From Kudoa neothunni (Eukaryota > Animalia > Cnidaria): a stretch of DNA of 64,000 bases. Below are positions 1-12,005 of this stretch, piece by piece. The DNA is taken from positions 8,729,904 to 8,793,903 of the forward strand of contig OZ199838.1 in NCBI GenBank assembly GCA_964304625.1, given 5' to 3'. The notes under the pieces were generated by a model that was not told where the DNA came from, did not search any database, and saw only the letters and a program-made list of their open reading frames with translations. How positions within the stretch are numbered: position 1 is the stretch's first letter; each line of letters opens with the position of its first letter. The translations under genes were made by a program, and so were the position numbers.

Positions 1-3000
1 TCTTGATAAATCGGCTGGACAGAAATATTCTTATAAAGTGTTGACCAACTTTGATATCCAACGTTCCAACTAACTTCGAAGGAATTCTACACCATTCTGG
101 GCTACTCGGAAACCATCTAAGTGTAGAATCGAATAATTTTAAGCTTTATTACATTTGATGATATTTAATTGCTAACTTTATTCCCTAATAAATAAATGAA
201 TTGTGTTGTTTGAACTTATCGATTTAAATTGAGTTTCCGCTTATTGCGGGTAGCAATGCCAAAACTAGACTTAGTTTTTTGCAAAATCAAACATAAAAAT
301 TAATGATTTTTTTTCATAATCTAATTGAGATAATATTTTCTGTTTTATTTATATTGATTTCGGGCCAAATTTTATAACAAGTTTTATATATAAATCGTAT
401 CATGTACCTTTAAGCAATTTATCCTCATTTAACATACAAAATTATAGGTCAAAAGTTAGCGTTGATATTGTGTACTAAAAGCAAATATCATGACATCAAA
501 TGCACTGTTTTCGTTAGATTCTTAAATGATAAATGATTCAGGAATAACAAGGAATAGGCGATATAAATTAATGTTTAATTGAAATTGAGGATTACTACAA
601 ATGCGTATCAATTTTAGTCTTGTGATGTTTATTCAGATCCCCATTTAAACTGCCATACTATAAATAGCGGTGATTTGTTGTCTCAACTCATTCTCTTACA
701 TTTTTCAATATAAATAAAGCTAGAAAAACGTTATATACACTTCAATAGTATTAAAAGTAAAAATAATTGCAGTAATATTACAGTTAGTTCCAGAGATTTT
801 ATTATAGCCTTAGAAACAATGGCATATGGTTTATTTTAAAAACATTATCGTTTTTAGTGTTTATAAATCATTATCCCCAATGACCAATTTTAAATTTAGA
901 TACAATCATTTAAATTTTTTTCACCTATATTAAAGTTTTATATAATAGTATACGACTTTATAAAAATACATCTGTTATTTATTAGCTGAATTTTGAATAA
1001 AACAAGAAAAAGAAATCTCGTTTATCGGACTACTAGAAAACGATATCAACTTAAAACAAACAACTTAAACCAGATTCAATAAGTATAAATCTTATAGCTA
1101 TTAAATAAACGGTTAAATAATGAATTGCTCTTCACCATATTCTTCGATTCTATATTGTTCTGACATTTGTATTAATGGAGATGAGAAATTATTGCAAATT
1201 TAATTCTATCAACATTCAATTTCTTAGGGACAATATTTTTGGTTTCATTCGCTCTAAAAATTCCACCAATAAAAATATTCTAAATAATCTGCTAGTTATT
1301 TTTTTAATTATAATCAAGATATTATCTAACATAATTAATTTGCGGCATAATTTATTAATTCTACTTTAAACTAAAAAAAGAAATTCTAGTATAATTTTTT
1401 TGACTTTACAGGAGTTTGTGTCTCGTGGAAAAATTAATATTCTTCATAAAAACGTCCAAAATTTATATTTTGCTACATTCTCTTTATAAGAAACTCTAAG
1501 AATTAATTCATGAAATTTGAAACGAATACCTAAAGCCTTTTTAATTCCAACCCGGCTTTTTATAATTAATGTAGTTTTCAATAAAATTAAATGAAAATTA
1601 TATTTGTTCGCACCTGTAAACTCTTACAGTGAAAGGCATCACATCTTTGATAGTTATCTTTGAATCAACGGTCACATTGATGGAATAATCATTTTCACTT
1701 TTATAATGATTGAAGTATTTGTCAAGAGTAGGAAAATCTATCGTGAATATATTTTGATATTTTATCATTTCTTTTTCAGTCAGTTGTAAATTTCCCAGAA
1801 TAACTGCAATAACAACGTTCATCATAATTGTTACAGACAGCATGTGGCATCCTGTGAGAAGGAGAATGATAAAATAACTGAGTACACTGTTTGCTTCATT
1901 GGCCAAACCATATATTTCATCAAATGCAGTATCCTAAATGGATATTATATATTAATATCAATGTAATTATAACCTGAAGGAAAATGTTGAATATTAGTTT
2001 GAACCCAGAGAGGAAATTACTAACGAGAGGTTCGTTCTCAACCGAATTTATGCCAGAAAATATATGAAGTACAACAACTGATAAAATTATCAAAGATATC
2101 AACGAATAAACCATAGCGTAACCAAAAATCCTGAGGTTGCCAAACAACTTTCGAAAGTACAGGTAGATAGCTTGATTCATTGTAATAAGTCGTATGGATC
2201 GTAATGAAAAAATTATATTAAGATACGATATTTGAAAGTAGCTTAGCACCGCCGATATTACACCAAAAATAAGGTTTAGAGCTAAGATTAAAGCGGATCC
2301 TGTTCGTAGAAATTTCGAAAACCCAAGAGCCATTATCTTTAGAATCACCTCTATGCTGTAGATTGAACATAAAACCAGTTGAAATAGCCAAAAATAATCC
2401 CGATACTATAAAAAATATGGAAATTAAAACTATTTATCTAATAACTTACAAATATAACATAAAATATCTCCATTATTATCAGCATATACACAAAAAATGT
2501 GAAATAACTGTGATACGCTATTTTTCTAACCATTGTTCGCATACTTGAATTTTCTTTTTCATATTTAAGCATGCCATCTACAGTTTTAAAGTCGGTGCCA
2601 CCTCCCAGTTTTACGTTTACATTTTCTAAAAAATAGATTAAATATAAATATTTTCTCGAAGAGCATGATATTTTGGATGTGATTGTTGATTGGTAGTGTC
2701 ATTAGATAATTTAAAAATATTTACTTTTAATTATAAAAAATCATTAATTTTTTTACAATAATTAACTCGTCCATTAGATAGACGTAATTTTGTAGCTGAT
2801 TCCAAACATCAATTATAGCTGTTTGAGGAATAAATATACTTAATTCGAATTTTACATTATCATCTGTGGCACTGTTTAATATTACGCTTTCCATGGCATC
2901 AGACGTAACAGATATGAAGATGTTTTTAATGACCCACGATACAAAGTAAAACATGAAGAGAAAAAAGAAAAACCCTCCTACGTAGTTATAACCAGTTAAC

Positions 3001-4269
3001 ACTGTTTTAAATCGATCAATGAATCCATTTTGAGTAGAGGCTTCATAAACAAATATGAACCCTATATAATAATATAAATATTTGATTTATATATCAAATT
3101 AAAATTTATAAAAAAAGAAGTTACCATCAAAACCATTAAGAAAGAGTGAATTTAGTCGGCTTAATCCTAAATCCCTGGTGTCTTCACATGTGTAATATGT
3201 ACCACATACGTCCGAAGTATTCAAAGAAGAATTTGTTATTTTGCATGAGACTTGAGGATACAAAAATATAGAATCATTAATTTCATTTGTTTTAGAATTC
3301 TTATCGACTTCAGTATCCACACATGTTGTAGTTAACCCTCCAATAATACGAGTTCCCGCCATTGTGAATGTGATCGATACGCAGAGATTAAAAAATAGGG
3401 AGACCGCAAATTTTAACGCTGTATTCTTAGTTAAAATATCTTCAACGTGAATTCCATCGTGTCTGAAGGTTAACAACAGAACAAGTGCTCTAGGAATACG
3501 TAAAATTGAAAAGCCAATGTACACCGAGGGCTGAATATCATAATGTTCCAATACCTTTATAAATATGAATTAAAATATTTATCATTTTTTCCTACATTGA
3601 TAATTTATTATCTAAAATCTAGAATTATTAAAAAATTTAAAACTATTTCAGACCATGTAAAGCAAAATTAAAGCTAGTTTAGTCATTTATATCTACCTGT
3701 AATATCAGGGATACCATCGTGATAATATTTACAGTCAGAGTATGAATATTCCAAATATCTTTGGTGTAAGCATTTCGTCCCCTTCTAAGAGAGGTAAGTT
3801 TTATACGAGCAAGAGCATCCAATGTGTAAAAAAGTGTCGTCAAAACATCCAAAATATATACAAAGTACAAAATTATGGGATTGCCGTCTATTTGTGGCGG
3901 AACGTTCATACATAATGACGCAAAGTTCAAAATACATATTATATTGAAACTAAACTTGTACAGTTTAGACGTAAATACTTTGTAAAATTGTTTTTCTTTT
4001 AATTTTCTTTTCTTTACCTCTGCACTAAGAATATTATCTCGGTGGGCCATCAATAATATTTCATCGCGGTTTTGGGTCCTTTCGGCCATAATATTCTGTT
4101 TGTTTTTAGATGTTGATATTTTATTTTGTGTAGATTCTTGAATTACATTTTGATTAGTAACGCTCAATAAAAACTCATTTTTTCCCTTCAAATGGAGCTG
4201 TTTCATCAGATATACTCTCCGAACCTTCTCCAATTTCAGGTACCAACAATCTCGGGACTTCTCTCCCAT
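1..4269 (-). CDS. NALCN: NALCN-family 4x6TM cation leak channel, multi-exon, 3' part (domain III/IV pores) beyond left edge
   Basis: Exons match NALCN motifs: LCMNVP, DI S4 ILRIPRAL, DI pore VYEASTQNGF, DI S6 SWVIKNIFISV, DII EVILKIMALGF, DII S6 HMLSVTIMMNVVIAVILGNLQL. Joined by short GT-AG introns (1934..1973, 3062..3124). An exon at about 1..115 (QHFIRIFLSSRFIK) may be DIII S4. Start codon uncertain (4269 or ~4089). Confidence 0.9.
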
Positions 4270-4873
4270 CCTTCATTTTATCTATGCCAACTACAACAGT
4301 TTTTGTGTGATTCTTGTTTGGAAACATAATTATTGACTTATTCAGGAATCCATGGGTTGAAATTAGGATTTTTCTGTTTCTTAGTAATCATATAACATAT
4401 TCAAAAATTTTGTATCTATAACTTTAAAGTATCTCTATAAGTTCTTATCGAGAGAACTTTTCCTAAAACTTTAGCGATTTGAAAATTTTCGTCAGAGATA
4501 TATTGTATCCCAATTGTTACAACAACTCCGAATTAAATTTAGGAAATATTTTTGTATCAAGACAAATTAAGAAATGGATTTTTGCTTAAGTCTTTTGTGT
4601 CTAACGTTCATTTAAATTAACATTGGGAAAATGGCATCTCTGTGGCGCTCTATTTTAAATATTTTATCCAAAATAGTTTCAAAATGTTTTAATTTTTTTG
4701 TCTATTTAAAATAAAATTGAAAAAAATTTTAAGAAATCATGACAATCAAATACTGAATCTAAATTTTAAATTGCGTCATTTTAAACAAATTTATTTTAAT
4801 GCATAATTAGAGTATATTCCATAAAAGATTTCTTCTAAAATATATTTTGTCGTAGTTGAAAAATATTTATATA

Positions 4874-5918
4874 CAGTCGAACCATGTTCATCCAAAAATG
4901 TTGTGACCTGGCATTTTCCTTTCGGATACTGAAGTTTCGGTTAAATGAAGTTAGATTAATGCGCATGTGCGGTGGGAAAAAATTGTAGGTTGGTTACATA
5001 CTTTATTTTTCATTATCCAATGTTTATTTTATATTTTCAAAGAACGTTCTACTATATATAAGTTATATTAGCGAATAAATTTGAAACCATTAGTTTAAGT
5101 TACAGTCGTTCTTGAATCTAGATCCAACGCTGTCGGCGCACGCATATTACCGTTGTATGCGACTTAACACAACAGCGCCACATTAGAATGATACATTCTA
5201 GATTCAAAAAAATGGATTATTGTTATTATTAATTTTTTTGTAATTTCTTCTATATATAGATATTGTGGGCTGTACTATTAATTATGGTAAGAATAATTAA
5301 AGTAACGAGGAGGAGTACTTTCTCAGATTTCTCCATAACGATATTTAGAATTCCAACATCAATTAAAATACGTCATACTCCAACAATTTAATATTTATTA
5401 ATGATTGTTTAGACTCAATAAGACTTAAAAGTGGAGGTGTTATGGGAAAAAACTGATGTGTGAACATTGTTGAATTGAGTTAACTCCGTGGATAAATTGG
5501 TCTTATGAAGTCACTGATAGTTGGTGATTAAACAATCCAATAAATTCCATTTTTATATTTTATTACTCATGAAAAGATATAAGGGAGTTTGTCTTTACCC
5601 AACATTTATTCGTTCATGATGAACATAAAATACTATATTATCTACGTTTCGCTATTTCTATTAATCAAGCATAAACTTAAATTGAATAAATGACGAACAT
5701 ATGTATCAAAAAAATGAATGGAAGTACCATTTTAACCGGGCATTAATCCAGACTTCAAGATATTTTTATCCGAAAATTCCAGCAAAAAGATGTTTCGGGT
5801 TGCGGTTGCTGAAATTTCGGTTAAACGAAATTTTTTTATTTAGAATCTACATCATGTTCAAATAAATTTTAAAAAATCGGTCGGATAGCGCGATTTTCGG
5901 ATAAACGGGGTTCGACTG
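4874..5918. mobile_element. Non-autonomous pogo/Tigger-like (Tc1-mariner superfamily) DNA transposon
   Basis: Imperfect TIRs CAGTCGAACCATGTTCATCC / GGATAAACGGGGTTCGACTG, flanked by TA on both sides; no intact ORF. Confidence 0.8.
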
Positions 5919-5920
5919 TA

Positions 5921-8153
5921 TCTATATATATAAGTTCTTGTCTGTCAGTGTGTGTATGTTTGCAGCAGTACGCATGTGCCAAGGAGGAACTTTTTTTGAA
6001 TACAACTTTTAGTTTTCATTTGAATAGGTAATACCATTAATAAAAATCGTTTATTTACTTATAAGTATAAATATAATCAATACCGCAGTCAGAAGTAGGG
6101 AATATTCTGGTAGTTTACGTCAATTACCAGATTAAAAGGTACCTGAATAATACTGATGTTTGTTTACTTCAGAGTGATACTCAATTATAACGAACTTTTA
6201 CTCATTAGACACAAAGAGAATCTGTTAATTATGGTATAAAATGTCTTAAAAATGTTGTTTATGCCGTTTGGAGTAATTTTAAGACAAATAAAACTATTAA
6301 CGTCACATTTACAAGAACTATTGCGTTTCCCTTAAAATTTTGAAGCATAACCAGATTATTTATGATGTATTTTCACTTTTCAAGCGTTATAGATATAGTT
6401 AAGCGAAAAAGATTACGATCATCTTAAATAAAACAAATAATTTGAGATTACAAGTTGTTGCTATACGTTGGAATAATTTTGGTCTCTATATTCATTCTAA
6501 AAACAATGTAAGACGTGTGTACAGTTTTCAAATAATTAAATTTTTGTGATAACTTCTTAAATGGAAAATATGCTCCATTGGACTGCTGAGATGTGAAAGT
6601 CTCTTTTTATCAAATATATCGATTGAGATTGAAATTATATTCGTCTTTTCGATAAGTTTCTATATTTGATGAGATAATTTTTGAAATAATGTTTAAGTTC
6701 TTAATAACCTAATTATTCCTTACCCCTAGACCTTAAGGTTGATATTCAAATCAATATATAATATTCTTTTCGCTAAAAATAATTCATTAGGATATAAAAG
6801 TTGCATGAAAGTATGCGACACCTCGTTCTATACGTAGTTTAAGAACTTATATTCACGATTACTTTTACACACAATACAGTTCCCTCTCAATATGAGCCAT
6901 GTAAGTTAATGAGAAATTATTGGTCTAGTCGGTCAGACCTCTTCCATTAACGCTGTAGGCACCGCAGGACGTAACATGAAACCCCGCCCCATATCCTTTC
7001 TGCGGTAATGCGGGACTTTAACTCACTAACATCCTCGTCTCGGGGCGACCATTACCCCACACCCTATCCCTTTAAGGGGCGTTGGTTCTGTGAGGCCTGC
7101 AAATTACTTTCCCCTTTCGGTTGGTTCCGGAGATTCCAACTCCTATTCACGCTCACCACACTTCACGCGAATTTAGCTGCTGGTACACCCCACCTCACAG
7201 CGAGCGTACATTGTAACCTCAGCTCCCAATAATGGGAAAGAGACCCACCGATACGGAAGCAATTGTCAGACCACCGGCGGATTCGAACCCATTACCGCAC
7301 GGTTCTGAGCCCGAGTGTCACATCGATGTGTTATCTGTCCTCGGCAGCGGTAAAATCAAACGGTACGTTTATTTTTAAAAAGGACATTCCTTCGAGAAAA
7401 CCAATTTATATTTAAGCATTACTGTAATTTTTCAAACCAAAAACATCTTTACATTTTAGATTTAATCATATTCTGATAATTAAATTTGTATATTTTTGAA
7501 CCAGTAAGTATTTTTATTAAAAAGAAAGGTTTAATTTATTTAAAAATCGGTAAATTATGTTAAAATAGTGAATACGTAAGTTACCACTCACAGATTATTA
7601 AAATCTGATTAACATCCTCTATAAAATCGCAAACAATGAGTAACAATTAATATTTTTATTGATGACGCACCTTAGGGTCGGTTTTATTTTTTTCATCGTT
7701 TGTAGACTAATAATTAATTATATAACTAGAAGGATTAATTTTGATCGTAAGATTTTGAAAAAAAACTGAAAGTCCTATTTAAGTTACTTAATGATCTTGT
7801 TTAATAAATAAATGAACTTTAATCGTTAATCACATTTCATTTCTCATAAAATTAAGATAATTATATTTTTGGTCAATAATTTGTAAAATAAACTTAAAAA
7901 TACTCATTAATTTCTCTCAATACCTCTATTTATATTTGAATGGAAAATGTGCGCATAATTTTGTTTAACTAAATCATCACATTGCAAAAATATTGACATG
8001 CTTTAAAATGTAACAATTAAAAAAAATTAAATTTACAGGGTTTAACAAACTAATTAGACAAAATCTTCTGTAGAATTTGTCCATTCAAAAATAAAATTAA
8101 AAGTTAACATTTTCCATCACATAATACCAGGCAAAGCTAGGCATTAGCGCTAG
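5921..8153 (+). mobile_element. Non-autonomous Helitron, copy 1 (short 3' end)
   Basis: Begins A|TCTATATATATAAG; ends with imperfect hairpin CCAGGCAAAGCTAGG then CTAG|T. Body colinear with copies at 31452, 46221 and 57311. Confidence 0.85.
6925..7345 (-). mobile_element. tRNA-derived SINE, copy 1 (tail missing), inside Helitron copy 1
   Basis: GC-rich island; minus strand starts GCCGAGGACAG with degenerate A box and exact B box GGTTCGAATCC; homologous to 43766..44580; absent from the other Helitron copies. Confidence 0.85.
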
Positions 8154-8968
8154 TATATGTATATATATATATTTGAAAAGTTGGGAAATCAATTTAAAAA
8201 AGTTATACAGGGATTATTGTTTTGTATTATCTCATGGATCGATATTATCATCATTTATGTTGATATAATATATCTGCTTCAAGATAAATAATATATATAC
8301 TAAAACTCTATGTGTGGCACCTCCATTTAAAAGCTTCAGTTTTAAATATCTATAGGTATGGGATGGTTTTGAAAACGAGAGAATGACATCAAAATTTGTG
8401 CTTCTGCACAAAAAATTGATCGATGTAGGCATATTGATTATGTTAAGACATTGTTTATAAATCAGATGATAAATAAATTTCTCAATATATTTTAAAGACA
8501 ATGTGAAATTATTGCCTAGTTCTATTGTAGACGAATAATATTTTGATTTTATCTTCATATTTATAGAAAAGATAAACAAACTCCACATTTTATAATACAC
8601 ATCGTATTTCTTTCAATGCAAATATTATTTTGTCTATTTAAAAAAATCTTTTTTAATTCTAATATATGAACTAGATAATGAATTAAAAGTTTTGTCTGTT
8701 ACAAATATATGACCCAATTCCTCTTATAAAACCAAAAAACATGAGACTTGTCATATTCGGGAGAAGATTGTAGGTATGTAAGGTGTAGCAATTAACTCAT
8801 CAAATTCGCGGACTCCAGACTTGAGTTCCAATGGCCAGACACCCTTTTCATCTCTCCGCCACCACGAGGATTGCGGACTTCCGGTTAAAAGCTACTGAAA
8901 CACTAATAAAATTGGCTTATACGACAACCTACCTCCTAAATTTGAAAAATAGACTCTTTATTATATAT

Positions 8969-11412
8969 CAGGGTGGCCAGACTTGCCCAGAATGAGAGCC
9001 AACTTTAATGTTGCACAAATTTTAAAGGGCCGCAAGGCATTAAAATTTTGTATGTATCTCTTCCTTGTTTAAAATTAATACTTTTGGGAAACTTTAGGTA
9101 AATATTACGACAAAATGTTGTAGAATTATAAATAAATAATTTTTTATTGTTTTCTAATTCAATTAATCGTTAAAAAACTTACATATAATTTTTACAAGTA
9201 TAATTCATTATGGGTTTTCACAAAAAATATATTTGTAGTTAATGATCCAAGAAATGTTTTCTCTGTGAAAAAAACCGCAAAATAATAAAATATTTTTCAT
9301 ATTTAATCATGTGTGGTAGTCTAACAACAAATAAAATTAAATAGTTGCGAATAAAGTAATAACACAATAAATCAATGTATCCAAAAAATTTTGTTATAAA
9401 TTGTTTCTAATGAAACAAGTTTTTTATGTTTCCATACTGTCAGTGATCTGACGGAAATCTGGTTCATATGCTTTCAAAGCTGTGCGAAATAATTCCATTA
9501 GGTATTTGTTTGCGAGGGATCCGCGATGCTTCAATTTTACAAGTTTCATCGTAGAATAAAGACTCACAACAATAAGTTGTTCCAAAGATAGAAATAAGTT
9601 TGTGGCAAATTTCTGTTAATTTCGGATATTTATGTCCTGATACGTTTTTCCAAAATTTTTTTGGTGGGTTGGAGTCATAAACCATCTTTAAATCCAGATT
9701 TTCATGAAAATCCATTATTTCCATTTCCACGATTGAAAAATCGGTGACCAGTAGTTCAAGATTTTTACGACTTTCATTAACTACATCAATCATAAATGGG
9801 TTGATGAGTATCATAATGCATGGTTTTAGTGTCCGTAAATCGTCAAAACGGTCGTTGAAGCCATTCATAAGTTGCGCTAATTTGCCTCTATATTCTTTCA
9901 ATTTCTCCTTTTGGATTACATCATCAATGAATAAATTTTGTTGTCTATTGAGATTTGGAAAATAAATGAAGTTTTTTGACATTATGTCTCTTTAGAAAAC
10001 TCGTACTTTATTCTCGAAGTTGAAAATTGTTCGAGCAAGATCAGAAACCAATTTATTCTTCCCTGGTAATGCCAAATTTAGGTTTCGAAGATGGTTCATT
10101 ACGCCAGTAAAAGCATCAAATCGTAAAGACATTGATTATTTTCAAGTTGAAGGTATAATTTGTTCTTTTCCTTAAGGAATGAACTAACTGGTTCTAAAAG
10201 ATTCCCAAATCTATTCCAGACATTGTTAGTTAATAGCCGTCTCACAATACAATAGAGTGAAACATCGTTAGGTGTATCACCAAGATCAAGTTCTTCAACA
10301 AAATTTCTGAACCGTCGATGAGTCTTCCCATTTGATCGTATATGATTGACAATTTCGAGGACAGACTTTATTACATCTTCATATTTGAAGTAGTTTGCCA
10401 CCAGATGTTCGCGATGAATAATAAAATGTATGGAGATAAATTTTCCGACGATTGGATCATTTTTCGTGAGTGCAATTAAGCCTACATTCTTACCTAATAT
10501 CGCAGGGGCTCTGTCTGTCGAAATGCTAACAAAATTACACAACTGAACGCCAGCATTTGGTAAGGCTGTATCAAGTGCATTTTTAACGTCAGCACCGCGA
10601 GTAGTTTCTTTCAGTGCCACCAAATCAAATAATTCTTCCTTAATAGTTAAATCAGATAAAACATAACGAATGAATATTGCCAATTGGGGATTGTGTTGAA
10701 TGTCCGTTGATGTTGATTCGTCGAGAGCTAAGCTAAAAGCAACCGAATTCTTCAGATCACATTGTAGTTTGTCGCAAACATCAGCACTTATTTGAGATAT
10801 TCGCCTTCCTATCATGTGACGAGAAATTGGTGTTTGTTCTATCAAACGTTAAAGTCTTCCGTTATTAGGATCTAAAACCGCGGCAACTTCAGCAATATTT
10901 TTCCTGACAAATTCCCCATCAGAATATCGTCGTATCAATCGAGAAATATTCTATGAAATAATAAAACTAGCTTCAGTTGTTACAGCAAATTCAGTGGGAA
11001 ATGTCAAATATGGCCGACGGTTATTTGATGACGATATTAAAGAGAAAAACGTATTGGTTCTAATTTGAGACTTAAAGGGATAATTACGAGAAAATTGTCC
11101 GTGGTTTCTCTCATAATGTCTTTTCAGGTTAAAGCTTCGTTGTGACGTAAAAACACATTGTAAATAAGACAGATTCTTCTTCCCATTCTGGATTGAATAT
11201 TCATTTGTCGTCACCATACTTTCTTTTTTTATATTTGAAGAATCCATAACTTTTTTCTTTCAATAATAAAATTTGAATTATTGCTTAGGTCCTAATTCTA
11301 ACAAATAATTTGTGCAGCTACGAGACAGCACGTGCTGGGTTATTTAGAAGGCATCGAGTTATGAGTCGGATCATTTCTAGACCAATCAAGGAGCCAATCT
11401 TTGGCCGTTCTT
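8969..11412 (-). mobile_element. Degenerate hAT transposon (Buster/SPIN, GTF2IRD2-like transposase pseudogene 9464..11247)
   Basis: Fragments NLKRHYERNH, FSLALDEST, QLAIFIRYV, HFIIHREHL, FGTTYCCESLF split by stops/frameshifts; left TIR CAGGGTGGCCA; right end degenerate, no TSD seen. Confidence 0.85.
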
Positions 11413-12005
11413 AATTGCACTCGTCTACCTTCCTTTTTAAAGCTTTAACGCGTGTTTTATACTTACGATATCTATCACTTCGGTAATGGACAAACACTAG
11501 TTCTAATTGTATTTCCTAGCGAAACTAATAATAATTCTATCTTGCTTCGAATATTAAACTATATAAATGTTCGTAACTATGTTCTCCAATCAAAAATATT
11601 ATCTAGGTTACAATTAATGAGTTCATTTCTTCAGTTGATTAAAATAATTCAAACTTTGAATGTTTCTGAATTAACGCGTTTATTAAATTTAAAAAAATTA
11701 GCTCAACAAAATTTTCTTCAAGAGCCACATCACAACATCCGAAGTGTCTCGGTTTGGCCACACCTGTTATGTACAATATGACTAAGTCTGATGGATGTCA
11801 TATAAGGGCAAACTGCACTAAAAACAGCCACAAAAAAAAACAAAAAAAGAATAAAAATAATAACAATAGATAAGGTTAAAAAATATTTCGAAGTAAAAGA
11901 TAAAAACACTACAATATTGGCTTTCAATACTCGTCACCGTAGTAAAAGCAGTTTTACAAACTCAACCAAATGATTAACATTGATGCAAAGGTTTTAGGAC
12001 TATTT

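Noticed and set aside
7025-7050. ATCCTCGT resembling an HDV-ribozyme L3 loop
   Set aside because: No P3/P1 pairing, and it lies antisense to the SINE promoter.
7270-7345. tRNA gene with apparent CAG anticodon loop
   Set aside because: Acceptor and anticodon stems do not close; it is the head of a repeated SINE whose second copy has a tail and TSD.
8760-8945. GC-richer patch resembling an old SINE or LINE UTR
   Set aside because: Single copy, no clear boxes, TSD or tail.
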